Source: Macrostomum lignano
Taxonomy: Eukaryota
Length of the DNA stretch: 61,823 nucleotides
Assembly: GCA_002269645.1 (NCBI GenBank)
Contig: NIVC01000321.1
Span: 1-61,823, forward strand
Reading direction: 5' to 3'
Below are positions 1 through 11,875 of the stretch, one piece after another (the first letter of the stretch is position 1; every line of letters begins with the position of its first letter). Both the position numbers and the translations under genes were made by a program. A model generated the notes under the pieces. That model had not been told where the DNA came from. It saw nothing but the letters and a program-made list of their open reading frames with translations, and did not search any database.

Positions 1-639
1 ACGGCAGCAAATAATAAGTTTATTACAAATGGAAAGGTGCAGCAGCAGAACCTGTGTATTCCCTGTGAGCACGCAAAGTGTGGATACCTACAATTACTTT
101 CTAGAAAACGTCTTTACTAAAAGAGGCCATTTTGAGACACCTGATATGAGTAAGCCAGAGAAGAAACTGTTCCCTGTTAAACTAACCTATGATCTCACTG
201 TAATGAGAGTGGTCATGCAAGTTCACAAAGATGCGGAGGTTGAGTTTAAAGATGACACTTGGTATAGGGAATTGGGATTCGTGAAGAAAGTTTGTAAGGC
301 AGAATCCACAGCGCGGACTGTCACTCAAGCATCGGGGGCCGTTAGCATGGCCCGGGAAAGTGTACGCGGTTTGTTCTTAGCACCCAATATAGCAGACATT
401 GTAAAGGGTTTGAATATTCTAATCAGAACTAATCTCAGTCTTGATTGGTATTTAAGGGAAAGCGAACTAATATTTTGTACAACATCTCCAACTCTGTAGC
501 TGGAGGACAGATGGTGGTAGAGAAACCAAATCCAGTGAAAAGAGTTGTATTGAGTAATAAGGAGATTCACGAGATTGTGCTTCAGTTTGAGACTGAAGAT
601 GGATGGGCGTTGATTTTAATGGGGAAGAGTTTGTATTGA
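1..639 (+). pseudogene. Polinton-like minor capsid (penton) protein, 5' end outside window, two frameshifts (about 52 and 446)
   Basis: Frame-joined translation TAANNKF..FPVSTQSVDTYNYFL..NILIRTNLSLD/VFKGKRTNILYNISNSVAGGQMVVEKPNPVKRVVLSNKEIHEIVLQFETEDG follows the penton pattern (NNKF, C-terminal ILY..G..vekP..I.l.f.dedG) as recalled. Confidence 0.6.
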
Positions 640-648
640 CGTTAATCA

Positions 649-915
649 TTGAGAGAATGTGAGAAATCACAACTGCCTAATGATTTCTGCAAAGTTATAG
701 TAGCTGTCGTAATCTGTTACGTAGGTTACTCCATACTTATGAAACCAATGTCTTTGGAGAGCTTGATTAATATTAGGGACATTGATTTGAACGTCGGACC
801 AATATTTTCTCATGTATTCGCTGCATTCAAGTTTGCATCGGTACTTACTCTTGTAATTAGGCTCGTGCGTTTTGTAATAAGAACCTGGAGAGACAACTGG
901 AAACATTTTTATTGA
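649..915 (+). CDS. Small hydrophobic ORF (two possible TM segments) between penton and TIR, function unknown
   Basis: ORF track; VIVAVVICYVGYSIL and FASVLTLVIRLVRFVI hydrophobic stretches; non-ATG start. Confidence 0.3.
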   Translation: MRECEKSQLPNDFCKVIVAVVICYVGYSILMKPMSLESLINIRDIDLNVGPIFSHVFAAFKFASVLTLVIRLVRFVIRTWRDNWKHFY

Positions 916-1105
916 GAATTTAATTTTTTTCAATGGGTAAGGACCCTGCGCTGATGATTTAAAGTCTTAGGATCTGGTAGCACGTTGCGAATTGAATGTG
1001 GGGAGAAGAATGCAGATTATTTTTCTGATTGTTTTAGAAATGTTATGGGTGGATGTCAGTGGATTATGTCAGTGTCAGTGAGCATAACAGGTGTCCTACT
1101 GTTAT

Positions 1106-1330
1106 GCTCTGATTCTGTCAGGGATAATGCTCTGATTCTGTCAGGGATAATATGGATGGATTTAATAGGATTGTGGAGGATGTTTTGTGAGCGAGTGCGA
1201 CCCCCCTTTTTTCTGATTCTGTCAGGGATAATATGGATGGATTTAGGTGGATTATGGACGAAGTTTTTGGAGCAGGTGCGACCCCCTTTTTTCTGATTCT
1301 GTCAGGGATAATATGGATGGATTTAATGGA
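1106..1330. repeat. Subterminal repeats CTGATTCTGTCAGGGATAAT(ATGGATGGATTTA), 4 copies
   Basis: Direct inspection; two longer units also share GTGCGACCCCCTTTTTT. Confidence 0.9.
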
Positions 1331-1382
1331 TTATGGAGGAGGTGAAAAATTTTGTCCCAGAAGCCCCCTCATGCCTTCTACT

Positions 1383-2798
1383 TGTCCGTCATACGCCAGC
1401 ATGCGCGACTTCGCCGACTTCAGCGGGGCCTTCCGAGCTCATTCCAGATCCTTCGTGAGATTAACGAGCAGGAGGCACCGATGTCCTTCTCCATCAGTAC
1501 TTCTCTGTGATTGATTTTCACAGTGCAGAACTCGGCAGGCTTTCCTTCTCCACAGTAGATTACGAGCTCATCACGATATGAGTCTTCTGGACTCAGCTGA
1601 GTGCGGACTGCTTCAGCTGGGGCAGCGAAGTGGGTCCTGGCACGCGACACACACGGACAAAGTGGCCAGGCTTTCCACATTGATTGCAGGTGGCTCTCAG
1701 GGCTCGGCAGTCAGCGGGCTTCTGGTGCGATCTCAACCCGCAACGCTGACAGCGCTGGTGTCCGAAGTTCTGCTTCTGCCTCATAACCGAATTAACGTTG
1801 ACAGAGCCGGAGCTATCCGGATGGCAGTGAGCTTCATCAGCCGTAGTCAGACCCGCGGTCGACAGCGACCTAGCCTGGTGCACCACCGAATCCACGAGAG
1901 TCGAGTGAGCAGCAGCCAGGGACCCAGCTGAAAAGTTGCTGACCATCTGCAGCTGCTGAACATATTCTGTGACCTGATCGACCGTCAGTTCTTGAGTCAC
2001 TTCACGCTCGAGCACCTTGTTCCTGATGTTCGAGTTGGCCAGACCGGCAATGAGCCGCATCTTGATGAGCGCTTCGACGGGGTCCGCTCCTTCCTTTTTC
2101 AGGCTCTCGAACTCGCATACGACGGCTTGCTCCCTGAGACGAGCGGCATAGCTGGTGACGGTTTCGCCTTCGGCCTGGCGCATAGACATGAAAGCTGTCC
2201 TCTCAGCGATCTGCAGTTTCTTCTTGGGTTCCACAAACGCCAATAGGCATTGCTTGATTTCAGACCATTTCATCTCAGACGGGGTTTTTGGAGCAATGGA
2301 GCAACGAGCTGCTTGACTTTTATGAGCTCAGCGACCCCGAGGCAGCCCATAAAAGCCTCGGTCAGCGCTCGTCTCTCGTCGGTATCTTCGACTCCTTTGG
2401 ATCTGGCCTGGGCGTCAAATACTTCAACCCAGGCGCGAAGCTCATCTATGTTGCTCAACGGCAGCGTCTCTCTCAATTTGATGCTCATTCTGCTCGTGAC
2501 GCCAAAATGTTAGTCTAGGCTAAACTGAGTCAGGTCATGTTTGCAAGCGAAGGAGAATACCATTGAAAGAACTCTACCGAAGTGACGAAAGTATTTATTT
2601 GACTTCATAACGCGAAACCACGTACATTAATAGACAAACGCGATCTAATTGGCTGGGGGTTAAAACCATGTACACTGGCAAGCGCAAATGTACCAACGGG
2701 TAGGGGTAAAACGATAGCGCGCAAGAATGATCAGTCACGGGAGGGAGAGAGAGAAAGAGACAGTGAAACAACGTAAAAACCAAAGTACAACCCCAACA
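1383..2798 (-). mobile_element. Truncated Ty3/Gypsy (Mag/K02A2.6-like) retrotransposon: 5' LTR, PBS, gag, start of protease
   Basis: LTR ends ACA at 2508-2510, followed by TTT-TGGCGTCACGAG (PBS-like, 2493-2504); gag with two CCHC knuckles; protease MEKDIGAS..ELGRP/LKSAKSRMLAYDGQ cut at 1383; outer LTR end at about 2798 is approximate. Confidence 0.8.
1593..2488 (-). pseudogene. Gypsy gag, frameshifted near 2272
   Basis: ORFs 2270-2488 and 1593-2273; RQAEGETVTSYAARLRE; CQRCGLRSHQKPADC and CNQCGKPGHFVRVC. Confidence 0.85.
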
Positions 2799-3082
2799 GA
2801 TGCTTCAGTCACTCAAAGTAACAAAGATGCTTCAGTCACTCAAATATTCTACAAAGTGTATATTTTAGCAACTCGTTGAAACCAAAGTATTCTTTTATTT
2901 GTCTTTTCTCGTAGCATCGTTAAGAAAAATAATATGCTTTAATGCTTCCTAGTAAAAGACAACTTAATTAAAAATCCAGTAAGTGAGTAAATCTTTGTGT
3001 CGATCATGCAAAACTACTTTTTAGGAAATTCTTTTTTGATAAAAAATGAAATGCAGCTACTATCAGTGAAGAATACTTTTTC

Positions 3083-3313
3083 CTATGCTCTCCAGAACCG
3101 ACGCATCAAAGCGGTCTGCAAATCTCTGAAAGTGAACCAGCGAGTGGTCAGACGACTGACAGAGAAGGTCACCATTGTGTAGCTCAGAACGATCACAAAG
3201 CAGGGGGCTCCGTCCAGAGATTCGCGGTTAGGCACCAGCCAGCTGATTATCAGGTTGAATAGGCCGGTGAGCAGGTTGGAGACGAGGAAGTACAGCAGGC
3301 CTGCTGAGTCCAC
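3083..3313 (-). CDS. PIGW: PIG-W (GPI inositol acyltransferase, GWT1) exon 5
   Basis: Acceptor ctctctcAG; [27 protein letters not shown] matches the PIG-W C-terminus; AATAAA on minus at 2894-2899. Confidence 0.88.
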   Translation of the reverse strand: MDSAGLLYFLVSNLLTGLFNLIISWLVPNRESLDGAPCFVIVLSYTMVTFSVSRLTTRWFTFRDLQTALMRRFWRA

Positions 3314-3353
3314 CTGAGAGAGGGGCGTAGCGATTGTCGAGATCAACGATAAG

Positions 3354-3825
<472 letters not shown>

Positions 3826-4527
3826 CTGCTGCAGGTGAATCGGTGTCAGTCGCGTCTGCCCAGTCCCCTCGTGGACGAAGGCGGTGGAGTCCCCATCCAG
3901 CCGAAGCCTCTCACCAGCCGCCAGCACAAGCCAGACGCCGCAAAGGAAGAAACAGGAGAAGGCCAGCAGCCAGGCGCAGTAGGCGGGGTTCATCAGCCGC
4001 CGGGACTCCGGCAGCAGCCAAAACCCGTCGCTGACCATCGTCAGCGGCCGCACAGCAGCCGCGGCAGCCATCAGCGCCAGCAGCCGCCCAGGTGTGGCCT
4101 CCGCCGGCTTCAGCCACCTGCCCAGCTGAAGGCCACAAAAGTACAAAGTGATGAGGCCGGGAATCGAGGCCAGGCCCTCCCGATTCTGGCCAATCAGATT
4201 GGATCGATTGTGCGACTGCTGCTGACCCGGCGCCAGCACCAACTGGGCGAGACCACCAGCCAGCAGAGCTTCGTGACAGACGGCGGAAATCAGCGCCGCG
4301 CCCAGTGGTGGCAGCCACCGCGGCAGGACCAGCAGCTCCAGGATGGCGCCGAGGCGCGCGCCACAGCCAAGGAGTAGAAGGCGTTCCAATGCACGCCGTA
4401 CTCTGCCCAGGCCGCGTCGTATTGAATCTTCTTAGCTGCTATGATGACGGCAACTGAGATTGTCTTCACTAAGCCGCAGGCTGTCAGAATTACTGACTGC
4501 AGGGCCGCCTTGCGGAGAGTCTGAGAT
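3826..4527 (-). CDS. PIGW: PIG-W exon 4, with a frameshift at the GC run (about 4352-4360)
   Basis: [22 protein letters not shown] and SRRLMNPAY are PIG-W motifs; acceptor ttgcAG|ATC; exon length 702 is one base off the phase required by its neighbours. Confidence 0.88.
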
Positions 4528-4576
4528 CTGCAATTCGGAAATGGCTGTTTGTCTCAGATTCTTCTCGGGAGCAACT

Positions 4577-4890
4577 CTCCTCGGTTGTGATTATCCCTGA
4601 GTGTGATTCTCCCTGGGTGTGATTATCCTTGATTGTGATTCTCACTGGGTGTGAATCTCTTTGGGTGTGAATCTCGTCGGGTGTGATTCTCCTCGGGTGT
4701 GATTCTCCTTGAATGTGATTCTCCCTGGGTATGATTCTCCTTGACTCTCCTTGAGTGTGATTCTCCTCGGTTGTGTTTCTCCTTGAGTGTGATTCTCCTC
4801 GGTTGTGTTTCTCCTTGAGTGTGATTCTCCTCGGGTGTGATTCTCCTTGGGTGTGATTCTTCTCGGGTGCGATTCTCCTCGGGTGTAATT
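4577..4890. repeat. Minisatellite GGGTGTGATTCTCC(T/C) family, left part (split by LINE)
   Basis: Direct inspection; continues at 9668-9952. Confidence 0.95.
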
Positions 4891-4892
4891 AG

Positions 4893-5717
4893 GAGACGCC
4901 TCTTACGGCCGAACAGCTTGACCTTATCTGGCGCAGGTTGGACTCCCACCTAGTCAAGATGGCTTTGAGCGGCACTACTATTCGAGTCCAAAAGACGAAA
5001 GTTGAGGACCAAGCCCTCTATATCCAGCCCACCGACAGCCAGTCAGGACAGCAGCTCCTCGAGCTGCTGAAAACCTTCGACTGGAGTACGGAGCTGGAGA
5101 ACCTGTTCATCTACAGGGAGGACGAGCGACCCCGGACACACCGGCACCGTGCCTGGATCCCGGCTCGCAGCTGCATCACCAAGGCCGACGAGCTGCGTCA
5201 CCTGCTAGTGGCTTCCAACCCGGAGCTACCGGCCAACGGTGTCGTAGTTCACGAGACCATCTCCAAGCCGGGCGGAGAAGGTTTCACGGCTATTCTTGGA
5301 CTGTCGGATAGCTGGATGCTCCGCTACCCGGACATGTCCATCATCTCTGTCGGGCTGTTGCAGATTCAGCTATTTAGCTTTGAGTCTGACGCCACCCGCC
5401 CACCGCCCCCGGAGAAGCGTAAGCGGGCAGTCGGGGGCTCTGCCGGGCGGAAACGCCCAGGAAAAGAAGCTCCCGGTCGTCACGACCCCTCCGAGGACGT
5501 GGACCCTGTCAGAGGGAAAGCCGCGAAATCTGCAGCAACAGGCGGACGTGGAAAGGGCCGGAAACCCGCCCGGAACACTATCCGCTCTGGTCTGACTCAG
5601 CGCGCGAAGCAGCTGCTGGACACCGCCAAGGCCCCCAACCGCAGCCACCCCCAGCCCAGTGTCACCACTGCGGCCCCCCGGAAAACCGGGCCGAGAGCGA
5701 GAATGCCGCCCAGGTAG
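4893..5717 (+). CDS. LINE ORF1, C-terminal part
   Basis: Open frame ETPLTAEQLDLIWRRLDSHL.. upstream of ORF2 with a basic C-terminus. Confidence 0.75.
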   Translation, partial: ETPLTAEQLDLIWRRLDSHLVKMALSGTTIRVQKTKVEDQALYIQPTDSQSGQQLLELLKTFDWSTELENLFIYREDERPRTHRHRAWIPARSCITKADELRHLLVASNPELPANGVVVHETISKPGGEGFTAILGLSDSWMLRYPDMSIISVGLLQIQLFSFESDATRPPPPEKRKRAVGGSAGRKRPGKEAPGRHDPSEDVDPVRGKAAKSAATGGRGKGRKPARNTIRSGLTQRAKQLLDTAKAPNRSHPQPSVTTAAPRKTGPRARMPPR

Positions 5718-8700
5718 CGACCTCGCCCTCGACCATGGAATCCATCCGGGAGGAGCCCATGGAGCTGGAGCCTGGAGCTATCGGCGAGGCAGAAGAGGCA
5801 GCTCTCCTGCACAACTCGCCTTGAGCCGGCAGGAAGCTGCGCGGACCACTCGTGGAATTCCCGGAGTGGACATCCTGCAGCTTAACCTGCACCACTGCAT
5901 CGCGGCCTCGACCAACCTGATGCGGGTGGCAAACTTTGCGAAACCGGGCATCATCCTACTCCAGGAGCCCTGGACAAAGAAAGGTAAGATTCCGAATATT
6001 CCTGCTGGTTTTGACTGTTTTCAAGACCCCCAAAACCTCAGAGCAGCCATTTTCGTATCTACCCACCTCAAAGCTTGGCACAGACCGGACCTCTCTGACA
6101 GAGACCTCTGTGTCATTCAGTCCAACCACATTATCACCAACCGCACAGTCATCATCGCCTCGATCTATATCCCTGGCGATGGCCCCGCGGTTCCACCCAA
6201 CCTCACCTCCCTCGTGGACTACTGCTCTAACCGTAGGTTCGAGCTGCTGGTGGCGGGCGACATCAACGCTCACCACACCCACTGGGGCAGTAATACTTCC
6301 AATAGCAGAGGCGAGGAACTCCTTGCTTACATCTGCACCACCAACACTGAGTTTTGCAACATTGGTGGAACCCCCACCTTTGACAACGGGCGATGGACGG
6401 AGGCCCTCGACGTTACCCTCGTCTCCCATGGCTTGGCTCCTTTAGTCAAGGACTGGGAGGTGTGGGACGAAGAGGAGTCTCTGTCTGACCATCGCTTCGT
6501 TCGTTTTCGTTTGCAATCCTCTTGCCCCAAGCCTCACATTCTGTGGAAAAGGAACGTCCGGAACACTGATTGGACGGCTTTCACGGAAACCCTGAAATGC
6601 CAGACAGATCAGCTGACTACCGTCGCTCCAACCACCTGTCAGGAAGTGGATGACCTTGCAGACTTGCTCAGCAAGACCGTCCTGACAGCCCATGAGGCTT
6701 CCTGTCCTCTTAAAGCCTACAAAGGCAAAAAATCCGCCCCCTGGTGGCACCCGGCGCTCGGATCCCTCCGGCGCAAGGCAAAGTGCTTCCAACGGAAAGC
6801 TCGCAAGAGCAAGGACCCAGCTGATCTGGCCGCCTATCAAGAAGCGATCCGCGACTTTAAGCGTGAAACCAGGAAAGCCAAGTCCGACAAATGGCGCCAA
6901 TACTGCGCGGAGTTAGAAGGCACCCGCCCTACTTCGCGCGTAGTTAAGGCTCTCACCCTCGACAAAATGTCAAAGCTCTCAGTCATTAAAAGACCGGACG
7001 GCCGGCTCGCTGAGAACCCTGGGGAATCGCTGGACATTATGCTCACCAGCTCTTTCCCACGTGCCGCACCGCAGCTAGGCCCACCGGACCACTCTCCGGG
7101 CGGACAGATCCTGGCTTCGACCATCATTACTAGAGAGAGGACGGCTCGCGCCGCAAAATCCTTCTCTCCTTTCAAGTCCCCGGGTCCTGACAACATTTAT
7201 CCTGCCTTCCTTCATGACGCAGTTAAAAATGACAGGTTTCTCGGCCTCCTCTGCAACCTCTTCAAGGCCAGCATTACCCTCGGGTATGTGCCAAAAGCCT
7301 GGCAAGAGGCTACGGTTGTCTTCATACCCAAGCCAGGAAAGGGAGACTATCACTCCGCCAAAGCTTACCGCCCTATCAGTCTGACGTCCTTCTTCCTCAA
7401 ACTGATGGAACGGCTGGTGCTCTGGCGCCTTCTCCTCGTTGAGCTGAGGAACTCCCCGCTCTCCCCTAATCAGCACGCCTTTCGTCCTGGACGTTCCATC
7501 GAAAGTGCGCTGCACGCCATTGTCGACAAGCTGGAGCGCGCCGTGCTTGGCAGTGGATACGCGCTGTCGCTTTTCCTCGACATTGATGGTGCTTTTAACA
7601 ATGTGCTCTTTGAAGCCTTTAAGCGAGCCCTGGAATCCCGGGGCACGCACGAGCACCTCATCCGCTGGATCATGTACATGGTCTCCCATCGTACTGCCAC
7701 CTCGCACCTCCTGGGACACTCACGCTCCGTGGAAGTCCAGAAAGGCGGACCGCAAGGTGGAGTCCTCAGCCCGATCCTCTGGAATTTAGTCATGGACGAG
7801 CTGCTTTGCAGCCCGCATCCGGACCCTGTTCAGAAGGTCGGCTATGCGGACGATGTTACCGCCACTGTGGCTGGACCATCGCCCGCGGTCCTCAGGGACA
7901 TCCTTCAAGCCTTTATCCACCGTGCCGAGCGCTGGGCACATAGCTGCGGTCTCAGGTTCTCTGAGTCTAAAACCGTGGCTGTCATGTTCACCAGCCGCCG
8001 AAACTGGAGGATCGAACCTCTCTCCCTCTACGGCAAACCTGTTGCCATGGAGAAACAAACTAGATGTCTGGGCGTCACCCTCGACCACAGGTTGAGCTGG
8101 ACCCCGCACGTCCAAACTAAAGCCCGCAAAGCTCTCGCGACTCTCGCGCAGATCCGCAGAGCTTTCGGTGCTACCTGGGGCCTCACCCCCCGCCGCCTCT
8201 GGTGGATTTACACTGCCATTGTTAGACCGGCCATCTCCTTCGCCGGCTTCATTTGGAACAGTGCCCTAGAGGTGAAAGGGGTTCTTGAGGTTTTAAATAG
8301 GGTGCAAAGGCCGCGCTTGTCGAGCTATCATGAGCGCGGCTCCCTCAACGCCCTTCGCTGGCATGAACTCCTTCTTGGACATTCCCCCCCTCGACCTCTT
8401 TGTTAGAGGGGAGGCTATGAAAACCACCCGTCGTCTGCTTGACGCGAGTGTCCAAATCGAGAAGCAGTTTGCCTTCAGAAAGCGGAACCTCCGGCCGCAT
8501 GGCGACCTCAGCCTGCGAGACCTGGAAGCAGCGAGAGGCCTGCTGACCCTCTCGGACGGAATCCCGTCCACGCTCTGCCCCCCGCTCAAATTCAAAACAG
8601 CATTCCACCACGCCATGAAGCGAGAGACAACTGGAAACCCCATGAAATCCACTGCTTCACTGACGGGTCCCAAATCAACTCCGCCTCTGGATACGGCTAC

Positions 8701-9570
8701 TGCATCGTGTCTGGAGGGAGAACTGCGGCGACCTTCTCCCAACACACCGGCACCTGCTCCACCGTCTTCCAGAACGAAGTTCTCGCCATCAGCTCCTGCG
8801 CCATGGAGCTGTACAATCAGCGCGTCTGGGGGAAGGAAATTACCCTCCACTCGGACAGTCAAGCGGCGATTCACGCCCTTGAGCGCACCACCACCTGCTC
8901 GCGTACAGTCCTCGACTGCATCGGGCAGCTCAACCGCTTAGGCGCCTCTAACAAGGTGTCCCTAAGGTGGATCCCCGGGCATTCGGGCCACCCCGGCAAC
9001 GAGCTGGCCGATCGCCTGGCCAAGGCTGGCTCGACCGGTTCTTTTACTGGTCCCCTGCCCGTGGCCCCCACCCCCATCGCCGTTGTCACCACTCGGATCA
9101 ACCAGTGGGTAACTTCTAAGCACAGGGAGAGGTGGGCTAACGCCCCCGACTGCCGGCAATCCCGCGCGGCTGTCCCCTGTCCCTCCCCCGCCCTACGCAG
9201 GGCCCTGCTTGGACTCAACCGCAGGGACATCAGGGCGGTTACCATGGCCCTCTCGGGTCATGGCTGCTTTGCCAGGCATCGTTACCTCCAGGAGAAAATC
9301 CGCAGTGAGGAATGCCCTTTCTGCCTCTCCGGTGTCGAGAATGCGGAGCACTTCATCTGTGAATGCCCCGCCTTTACTCAGGACAGGCTCACCTACCTCG
9401 GCCCAAACCCGGACCTCTCCGACGTTTTCAGGCCCGAGAATCTCTGCCAGCTCGTCCGCTACCTAAGGGCTACCGGGCGAGCGACAATCCACCTCCTGGA
9501 CTCTCCGGAGGGGGACCGCGCTGCGGACGCCGGCGCCACCGGAACTCCCTGCGCGACACCGCAGCACTAG
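5659..9570 (+). pseudogene. LINE ORF2 (APE endonuclease, RT, RNase H, Cys-His), frameshifts at about 8311 and 8600
   Basis: ILQLNLHH, QEPW, GDINAHH, SDH; QGGVLSP, YADD; FTDGS, EVLAI, SDSQAA, WIPGHSG..GNELAD; CPFC..EHFICEC. Confidence 0.95.
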
Positions 9571-9667
9571 CTGCCCGTGGTCGCCAGGGGTTAGCGAAAT
9601 GGGCGGCAACGCCTCCTCGCTGTTTCCGGACGCACGGAGCCCCCTGCAGCTAAGTCAAGTAAGTCAA

Positions 9668-9952
9668 GTAATTATCCTTGGGTGTGATTCTCCTTGGGTG
9701 TGATTCTCCTTGAGTTCAATTCTCTTCGGGTGTGATTATCCTTGAGTGCGATTCTCCGTGATTGTGGTTCTCATCGAGTGTAATTCTCTTCGGATGTGAT
9801 TCTTCTCGGATGTGATTCGCCTCGGATGTGATTCTCCTTGGGTGTAATTATCCTTGAGTGTGATTCTCCCTAGGTGTGATTTTCCTTGGGCGTGATTCTC
9901 CTCGGGTGTGATTACCTTGAGTGTAAGTCTCCTCGAGTGTGATTCTCCTCGT
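9668..9952. repeat. Minisatellite GGGTGTGATTCTCC family, right part
   Basis: Direct inspection. Confidence 0.95.
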
Positions 9953-10067
9953 GAAACATTCTACTCTTGGCATGTGGAGGTGTGACTCTCTCTGGTATGT
10001 CTGTCTGGACTGTGCCTAAGCTCTATCGGATTGAAATGCCTCTATGAAACATCTGGCACACCGTCAC

Positions 10068-10565
10068 CTGTCCACACTGTCGATCCTTCGACTTGCCGTC
10101 GGTCCAAGCGATCCGATGCAGACCACAAAGCAGCCGATGCCGACGTCCATCAGTCCCGTGCCGAAGCTGTGCGTCTTACTAAAGTCGTTGTTCCAGCACG
10201 GCTGGTCCCTGGCGAAGATGCACACGGCGGTGCTGATGTACACTATCGATCGGTAGATTGCCAGCAAGTCGTTGTACGGAGGCGGAGGTCTTGTTATTTG
10301 CTTAGTATCGGCGTCAACAGGTGCTTGCTGACCGTTCTCCAGCGCTTTTATGAATGCTGCATCCGTTTGTGCGCCGGCTTCGAGGTCTGGAGGCGTTGAA
10401 CTGGCGCCCTGAGTCAGCCTCTTGTGCAGCCGACAGCCAAGGTACACCGCCACGCAGATGGCATTGAATGTGAGGGAGAAAATAGCGTAGTTCTTCACTG
10501 GGAAGTCAAGTACGCAGACTGTGAATGGGATTGTCAGGATGCAGAACTGAAGCCAGGTGGCCGAT
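10068..10565 (-). CDS. PIGW: PIG-W exon 3
   Basis: YRSIVYISTAVCIFARD..FSKTHSFGTGLMDVGIGCFV is the PIG-W signature; donor AG|GTGACG is phase 2 and joins exon 4 in frame (AG|A=Arg). Confidence 0.92.
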
Positions 10566-10625
10566 CTGCAATTCCGGGAGTTGGTGAAGTGGCTCTTTGA
10601 AAACGGTACTTAGGCCAAGAAGCAT

Positions 10626-11140
10626 CCCAGAGACACTTGCATCGCTCCAGAGTCGTTTCAGACTTGTTGCAGGTAACACAGGTAAAATAGGATAGAAGTG
10701 ACTCTAAACAACTCTTAAGCGATGAGATTTCACGTAAAAGTCGCAAAAAAGTCGTCAAAGAGTCGCATAAGAGTCACTTTGAGGTGCTTTATTGTCTGCG
10801 ACTCTGAAACGCCTTTGGGGCGACGCAAGTGACTCCGGGGCCGTAGAGTCGTATTTGAAGCGTGCCAGAGTCTCTGTAAAAGCACTGAGTTGTGTTTGAA
10901 GCGCATTTGCGTCGTTTGAAGACTAAGAGTCAGCTCTCCAACAAAAGTTAAGCGCCAACACAATGACTCTTGGACGACTCTTTTACGATTCTAAAACTCA
11001 CTTGACGGGCTTGCGACACAACAGTCACTTCTCAGTCGTTTTTGAGTTCTTAAAAAGCCCTTAGAGTCGTCCCATGGTCGCTAGTGTCGCTAAAGAGCTG
11101 TTAGCCACTCTCTCTCCGACTTTACGACCGCCTGTTGCTA
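10626..11140. repeat. MITE-like sequence rich in GAGTCG/CGACTC motifs in both orientations (PIG-W intron 2)
   Basis: Many short palindromic sub-repeats; termini and TSD not resolved. Confidence 0.35.
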
Positions 11141-11346
11141 AATTTAGCTTCAAGTGTTAGTTTACTCCTAGTTAATTTGTCCCACTAGCAATTGGACAAT
11201 TTGGTAGCAGAGCGTGGTTAAAGATCTGCCAACCAGCCCGTCTTATAAGATTCACCACAACGATCTTCCTAGCAGAGAATGACTACGCGCATTATCTTCA
11301 TCAAAGACTCTACTCTGTGCAGATGTCTCTCGCCCCTCACTCAGAC

Positions 11347-11554
11347 CTGGGCAGCACCCGCAGCTTCCTGCTCGTCAGCAGATAGTCAACGCAGCGAACC
11401 AGCAGGATAGCAAAAATGAACACGCAGGTGCACAGAAAGGTCTCGTAGTACTTTGACCTGGGCGGCTTGTTCGTCAGCTCTCGGGTGAACGGTGGTCGAG
11501 GTAGAGAGTCCACCCGGAAGTAGTTTAGGATGAACAGGTGCGGCTTCCACTGTT
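11347..11554 (-). CDS. PIGW: PIG-W exon 2
   Basis: Acceptor ccttccAG, donor AG|GTCTGA; QWKPHLF..YYETFLCTCVFIFAILLVRC; 208 nt, phases 1 to 2 consistent. Confidence 0.8.
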
Positions 11555-11619
11555 CTGGAAGGGGGCGGGTACAGAGCTCTGGTTAGGGGTTGTGTCTAGG
11601 AGCGATTCAATGTTGGGCG

Positions 11620-11835
11620 ACTTTTTATAGGGCCACTCTTTATTGGGCGATTCTCCATGGGGTGATTCTCTCTGGGGCGATTCTCTCTGGGGCGATTCTC
11701 TGTAAGGGCGATTCTCCCTGTGGCGATTCTGTCTGGGGCGATTCTCTCTAAGGCGATTCTTTATTGCGCGATTCTCTCTGGAGCGATTCTCTACGGGGCG
11801 ATTCTCCCTGTGGCGATTCTTTCTGAGGCAATTCT
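11620..11835. repeat. Minisatellite GGGCGATTCTCT in PIG-W intron 1
   Basis: Direct inspection. Confidence 0.95.
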
Positions 11836-11875
11836 ATATGTAACCAATTAGGTCAAAGTAAAAAATGCAACTCAC

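Larger units (their letters stand above)
1..1382 (+). mobile_element. Right end of a Polinton/Maverick (adintovirus-like) element: penton gene, small ORF, repeat-containing TIR
   Basis: Penton-like coding region at 1-639, a repeat-rich noncoding tract at about 930-1382, and an end in CTACT (1378-1382; AGTAG on the other strand, a Polinton-type terminus) exactly where a Gypsy protease frame is cut. Confidence 0.55.
4892..9667 (+). mobile_element. 5'-truncated non-LTR retrotransposon with APE, RT and RNase H (LOA/I-group-like), 7-bp TSD GTAATTA
   Basis: TSD at 4885-4891 and 9668-9674; ORF1 frame open from the first base; 3' tail TAAGTCAAG repeats at about 9650-9669. Confidence 0.9.

Noticed and set aside
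2798-2844. 20-bp direct repeat AGATGCTTCAGTCACTCAAA separated by 7 bp
   Set aside because: Looks like a small local duplication at the LTR edge; no element between the copies
4623-4949. ORFs across minisatellites (also 45950-46346 and 14463-15232)
   Set aside because: Stop-free by repeat composition; they lie in introns or a MITE
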